From positions 62,930,001-62,994,000 of the forward strand of contig CM069132.1 of the NCBI GenBank assembly GCA_035221665.1: 64,000 nucleotides of DNA, in the 5' to 3' direction. The number at the start of each line of letters is the position of its first letter. Within the stretch, counting starts at the first letter, position 1. Below, one piece after another: positions 60,248-64,000 of this stretch. Source of the DNA: Okamejei kenojei (Eukaryota). Below the pieces are notes generated by a model, which saw only the letters and a list, made by a program, of their open reading frames with translations, was not told where the DNA came from and ran no database searches. The position numbers were made by a program, and so were the translations under genes.

Positions 60248-61381
60248 TAAATACATAGAAAATAGGTGCAGAAGGCCATTTGGCCATTGGCGCCAGCACC
60301 GCCATTCAATGTGATCATGGCTGATTATCCACAATTAGAACCCTGTTCCTGTCTTCTCACCATATCCCTTGAATCCGCTGGCTCTATATAACTCTCTTAT
60401 GAATGCATCCGGTGAATCGGCCTCCACTGCTTTCTGAGGCAGAGAATTCCACAAATTCACAACTCTCTGGGTGAAAATGTTTTTCTTCATCTCAGTTCTA
60501 AATTTCCTTTTAAGTCCTTCATCTAAATAACCAATATATGTTGTAAATAACTGCAGTCCCAGCACCTTGCGCCACACCACTCACTAGTCACTGCCTGCCA
60601 TTCTGAAAGGGACCCGTTTATCCCTACTCTTTGTTTCCTGTCTGCCAACTAATTTTCTAATCATGTCAATACCCTACCCCCAATACCATGTGCTATAATT
60701 TTGCTCACTAATCTCCTGTGTGGGACCTTATCAAAAGCGTTTTGAAACTCCAGGTGCACTACATCCACTGGCTCTCCCATATCCATTTTACTTGTTACAT
60801 CCTCAAAAAACTCCAGAAGATTAGACAAGCAAGATTTCCCCTTCTTAAATCCATGCTGACTTGGACCGATCCTGTTACTGCTATCCAAATGTGCCGCTAT
60901 TACATCTTTAATAATTTGACTCCAGCATCTTCCCCACCACCGATGTCCAGGCTAACTGGTCTACGATTCCCTGTTTTCTCTCTCCCTCCTTTCTTAAAAA
61001 GTGGGATAACATTCTCTGCTCTCCAATTCACAGGAACTGATCCAGTATCTATAAAACATTGGAAAATGATCACCTATGCATCCACGATTTCTAGAGCCAC
61101 CTCCTTGAGTACCTTGGGATGCAGACCATCAGGCCCTGGGGATTTACCAGCTTTCAGTCCCATCAGTCCACCCTACACCATTTCCTGACTAATGTGAATT
61201 TTCTGCAGTTCCTCCGTCACCCTAGATCCTCTGTCCCCTCGTACATATGGGAGATTGTTTGTGTCTTCCTTAATGAAGACAGAACCAAAGTACCTGTTCA
61301 ACTCGTCTGCCATTTCCTTGTTCCCCATAATACCTGTTTCTGTCTTCAAGGGATCCACATTAGTCTTAACTAATCTTTTCC
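60248..61381 (-). mobile_element. CR1 LINE with large internal deletion (RT N-terminal half joined to the 3' end at ~60500)
   Basis: GNKEMADELNRYFGSVF, SQHGFKKGKSCLSNLLEFFEDVT..VDVVHLEFQNAFDKVPH, then [19 protein letters not shown]. Confidence 0.92.
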
Positions 61382-61689
61382 GTGTTTGTTAATGACTAGC
61401 TGGACTTCCTCATTTGCCGCTGACTACAAAATTTGGGTAGTACATTGACTTGCGCTGACATGCACAAATGGTTTACAAAGAAATTTAAGGGTCATCATAA
61501 AAACCCATTTTATTCACTCCTAGTTCTACCTACCCATCAAAGCACATTCAATATTTTTTTATATCAGTTCAAAAAGTTTGCTCGTTGAACATTCATTTCA
61601 AAATTTGCCACCGAAACCACCATCACATAACAAAAGGTAACTGCAGTCCCGGCACCACACTAGTCACTAACTGCCATTCTGAAAGAGAC

Positions 61690-61853
61690 CCGTGGCTCAC
61701 TGGAGACCTGGGAACAGCAGCTAGTCCCGAGTCGCGAGGGAGCTGGGAACAGCAGCCAGTCCCGGGGCACGCAGGCCATCTGGAATCTGTAGATCGCCAT
61801 CCGCTCACAAACATGGGTCCTGGCCCCTATGTAAAAAAGGTTGCCAACCCCTG
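61690..61853. mobile_element. hAT (Charlie-like) transposon end fragment
   Basis: Ends aaaaaggttgccaacccctg (CAGGGGTTGGCAACC-type TIR); partner TIR not seen. Confidence 0.5.
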
Positions 61854-61879
61854 GACTAAAACCAAACCCTTGATCCTGT

Positions 61880-61965
61880 CCCACCAGCCTTTTTTTCAAA
61901 ATTTAGCAACTCAAAATGGGGGTGCGTCTTCGACGCAGGTGCGTCTTCATTGCCGGGAAATACGG
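61880..61965. mobile_element. Tc2/pogo-type transposon end fragment
   Basis: ggtgcgtcttc x2 then gccgggaaatacgg|TA (CCGTATTTCCCGGC TIR). Confidence 0.55.
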
Positions 61966-63689
61966 TATCTAAAATAAAATAAAACCTGGTCATCCCCGTG
62001 TTAGCTGGGAAATAATAACACTGCTGGGTATAATTTAGGTAGTACGTCATTAATTCAACCATTAATAAATATTCAATTTAGAAAATCTGCAGCTACAGTG
62101 ACCTCAAGAGTCACATGTTTGGTCAACCTCAAATCTACAAATTATTGCTATTGTCAAATTTTACAATTGTGAATACCCACCCAGAAAGATTTATGTGCAT
62201 ATATAAAAGTGGTCAACAGATCAAATTTAGTTCTTTGAGAGGTTGTTTTGGCTATCGTGATAATTAATCTCCAGGGCAACATTAACAATTTTAATGTATC
62301 ATAAACACGATACAGAAAACGAGATACTCCAGTTGACATCACATAAAACTAGTGGATACACTTAAATGCATGTAAAATCCATTCATGTACAACAAAATAA
62401 GGGATGCTAAATCATACTTCAATTAAAAAACTTAAATATAGAGTTAACTGTGGGCAAAAACATGAGTTTTAACATGTTTTAAATATCTATTTTTTGGCAT
62501 CAAAAATCACAAAAAAAACTGTGCCAGTGGGAATTAGACTAAGAGTCAACTCTGTGAAAAATTATTAATACAAAAGACTGATTCCGTAGACAGATGAGAT
62601 ACAATATCCCACTAGCTTTCAAGTTTCCATATTCTAGTATTTGTTACAGGAGTAGCCCCAAAATTTAGCACATTTTCAAAGTTTAAAAATTTAAAAACTC
62701 AAAATTGTAATTCTGTTTGAAATATTTTGAAATAAGATGCAATTAATTATAAAATGATCATGACACTACACCCACTAGAACAGAAAAAATAGGTGGAACA
62801 TAAAAAATAACTCAGATTTGCACTCACTTTGTCCTGCATTATTGACATCAGTCAGTCATTTGGTGGATCTGATCAAAGTTCATTCAGTTGGCCAGATAAT
62901 TCACAACTTCCTTCCCTGACTGTGGTTTTACTAAAGTTTCTTCAGACCATTCGGCAGAATAAATGACCAAATTTAACAGAAATTTGCTCTCAATATATAC
63001 AGCATCAATTGCCAGTCTGTATAAGCGGATAAATTAATTTATCAATTAACAAGGCAACAACACCAGCCGGCCTTCAGAATTAGACATTAGACATAGTAAA
63101 GCCCTAAACCTAGACGGGATCTTTACTTGAAGCCTGTAAGTTATCACACAAATGGAACATAAACCAATGTACAATACTTATAAATCACATAGCCACTGCA
63201 GTGTAAACCACCAGTAAAACATACTTTTTGAAAATTGGAAGTAAACATGGTAACAGATTGAATATTACAAATGCAGCTATATGCAAGATTGAAAGTATTT
63301 GTCAGCAACTCCAATGTTGCCAATCCATCCACTAAACAACAAGCAGGCAGATGAAAAGTCCAGTGTTTGAACCTGTGTTTAATTAAACAGTGGCAATCAG
63401 TTGAGAAAGGTCAATGCCTAACTTCCAAATACTTATTTTCCAGTTCTGAGGGGTCATTGACCTGAAACATTAACTTATTTTCTCTCCACTGAATGCTGTC
63501 TGACAGGCTGAATATTTCAACCCCCCCCACCATTTTTTTATTTCAGTTACTCATGGCCACGCTTAAATTGGCCAACACTAACTATTAAGCTCAGCTGTGA
63601 TATTCCTTGTGACAAACAACATTCACTGAATAAAGAAAGCAGTCAGTAAGACTAAATGCCAACAAAAGAAAGAAACTCATGAAAAGAAC

Positions 63690-64000
63690 CATTAAAAAAG
63701 GCGAAGCAATGAATATAAAGGCAGACTCAACTAATTTAATATCATACTTGTATAATATTATCCTAAATATAGAAATACCATCATCCGATAAAATTAGAAG
63801 AGATTGGGAACAAGAACTAGCTGTAAAAACCTCGAAAGAGAGTTGGGATAAACACTTGCTATATATGCACAAATGCTCGATCAATGCAAGACATATTCTA
63901 ATCCAATTTAAAACCTTACACAGACTATATTATTCAAAAACTAAAATAAGTAAATGTTTTCCAAATGTCTCCCCAATTTGTGATAAATGTCTATCCCAAG
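63690..64000 (+). mobile_element. 5'-truncated L1-clade LINE, same family as 50232-51385, runs off the window
   Basis: [77 protein letters not shown]. Confidence 0.88.

Noticed and set aside
61640-61693. Direct repeat of 60550-60617
   Set aside because: Short duplicated CR1 fragment next to transposon debris; no sign of function.
1-64000. CRISPR arrays, rRNA or prokaryote-type systems
   Set aside because: No regularly spaced repeats, operons or rRNA-like sequence; the window is spliced vertebrate DNA.

Overview
Vertebrate genomic DNA, most likely a cartilaginous fish (skate/ray; inferred from the repeat families: HER1-type CR1 LINEs, HE1-like V-SINEs, DeuSINEs, Penelope fold-back repeats). 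The one host protein-coding gene is SNX10 on the minus strand. It has six coding exons, found by hand from splice sites and translation (55499-55528, 53030-53116, 49654-49754, 48911-49009, 37765-37935, 37327-37381; 180 aa). By known vertebrate synteny this should be the SNX10-SKAP2 interval 3' of the HoxA cluster, with HoxA towards lower coordinates; that placement is not visible in the window itself. The rest is intronic/intergenic and rich in decayed transposons. Highlights: (1) a ~7 kb repeat-poor, CpG-retaining, gene-less domain just 3' of SNX10 with CTCF, TALE and RFX motifs, possibly a HoxA counterpart of the HoxD CS38-40/Hog-Tog region; (2) a duplicated SNX10 terminal mini-exon (DNNVKS*, only synonymous changes); (3) a CR1 > Helitron > Tx1 triple nest with exact junctions; (4) an ATF/NF-kB/IRF motif cluster beside a strong splice donor upstream of SNX10 exon 2; (5) a 5'-inverted RTE; (6) several inverted repeats in SNX10 introns. 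Repeat boundaries are approximate unless junction bases are quoted. No database search was run; homologies are from recall.
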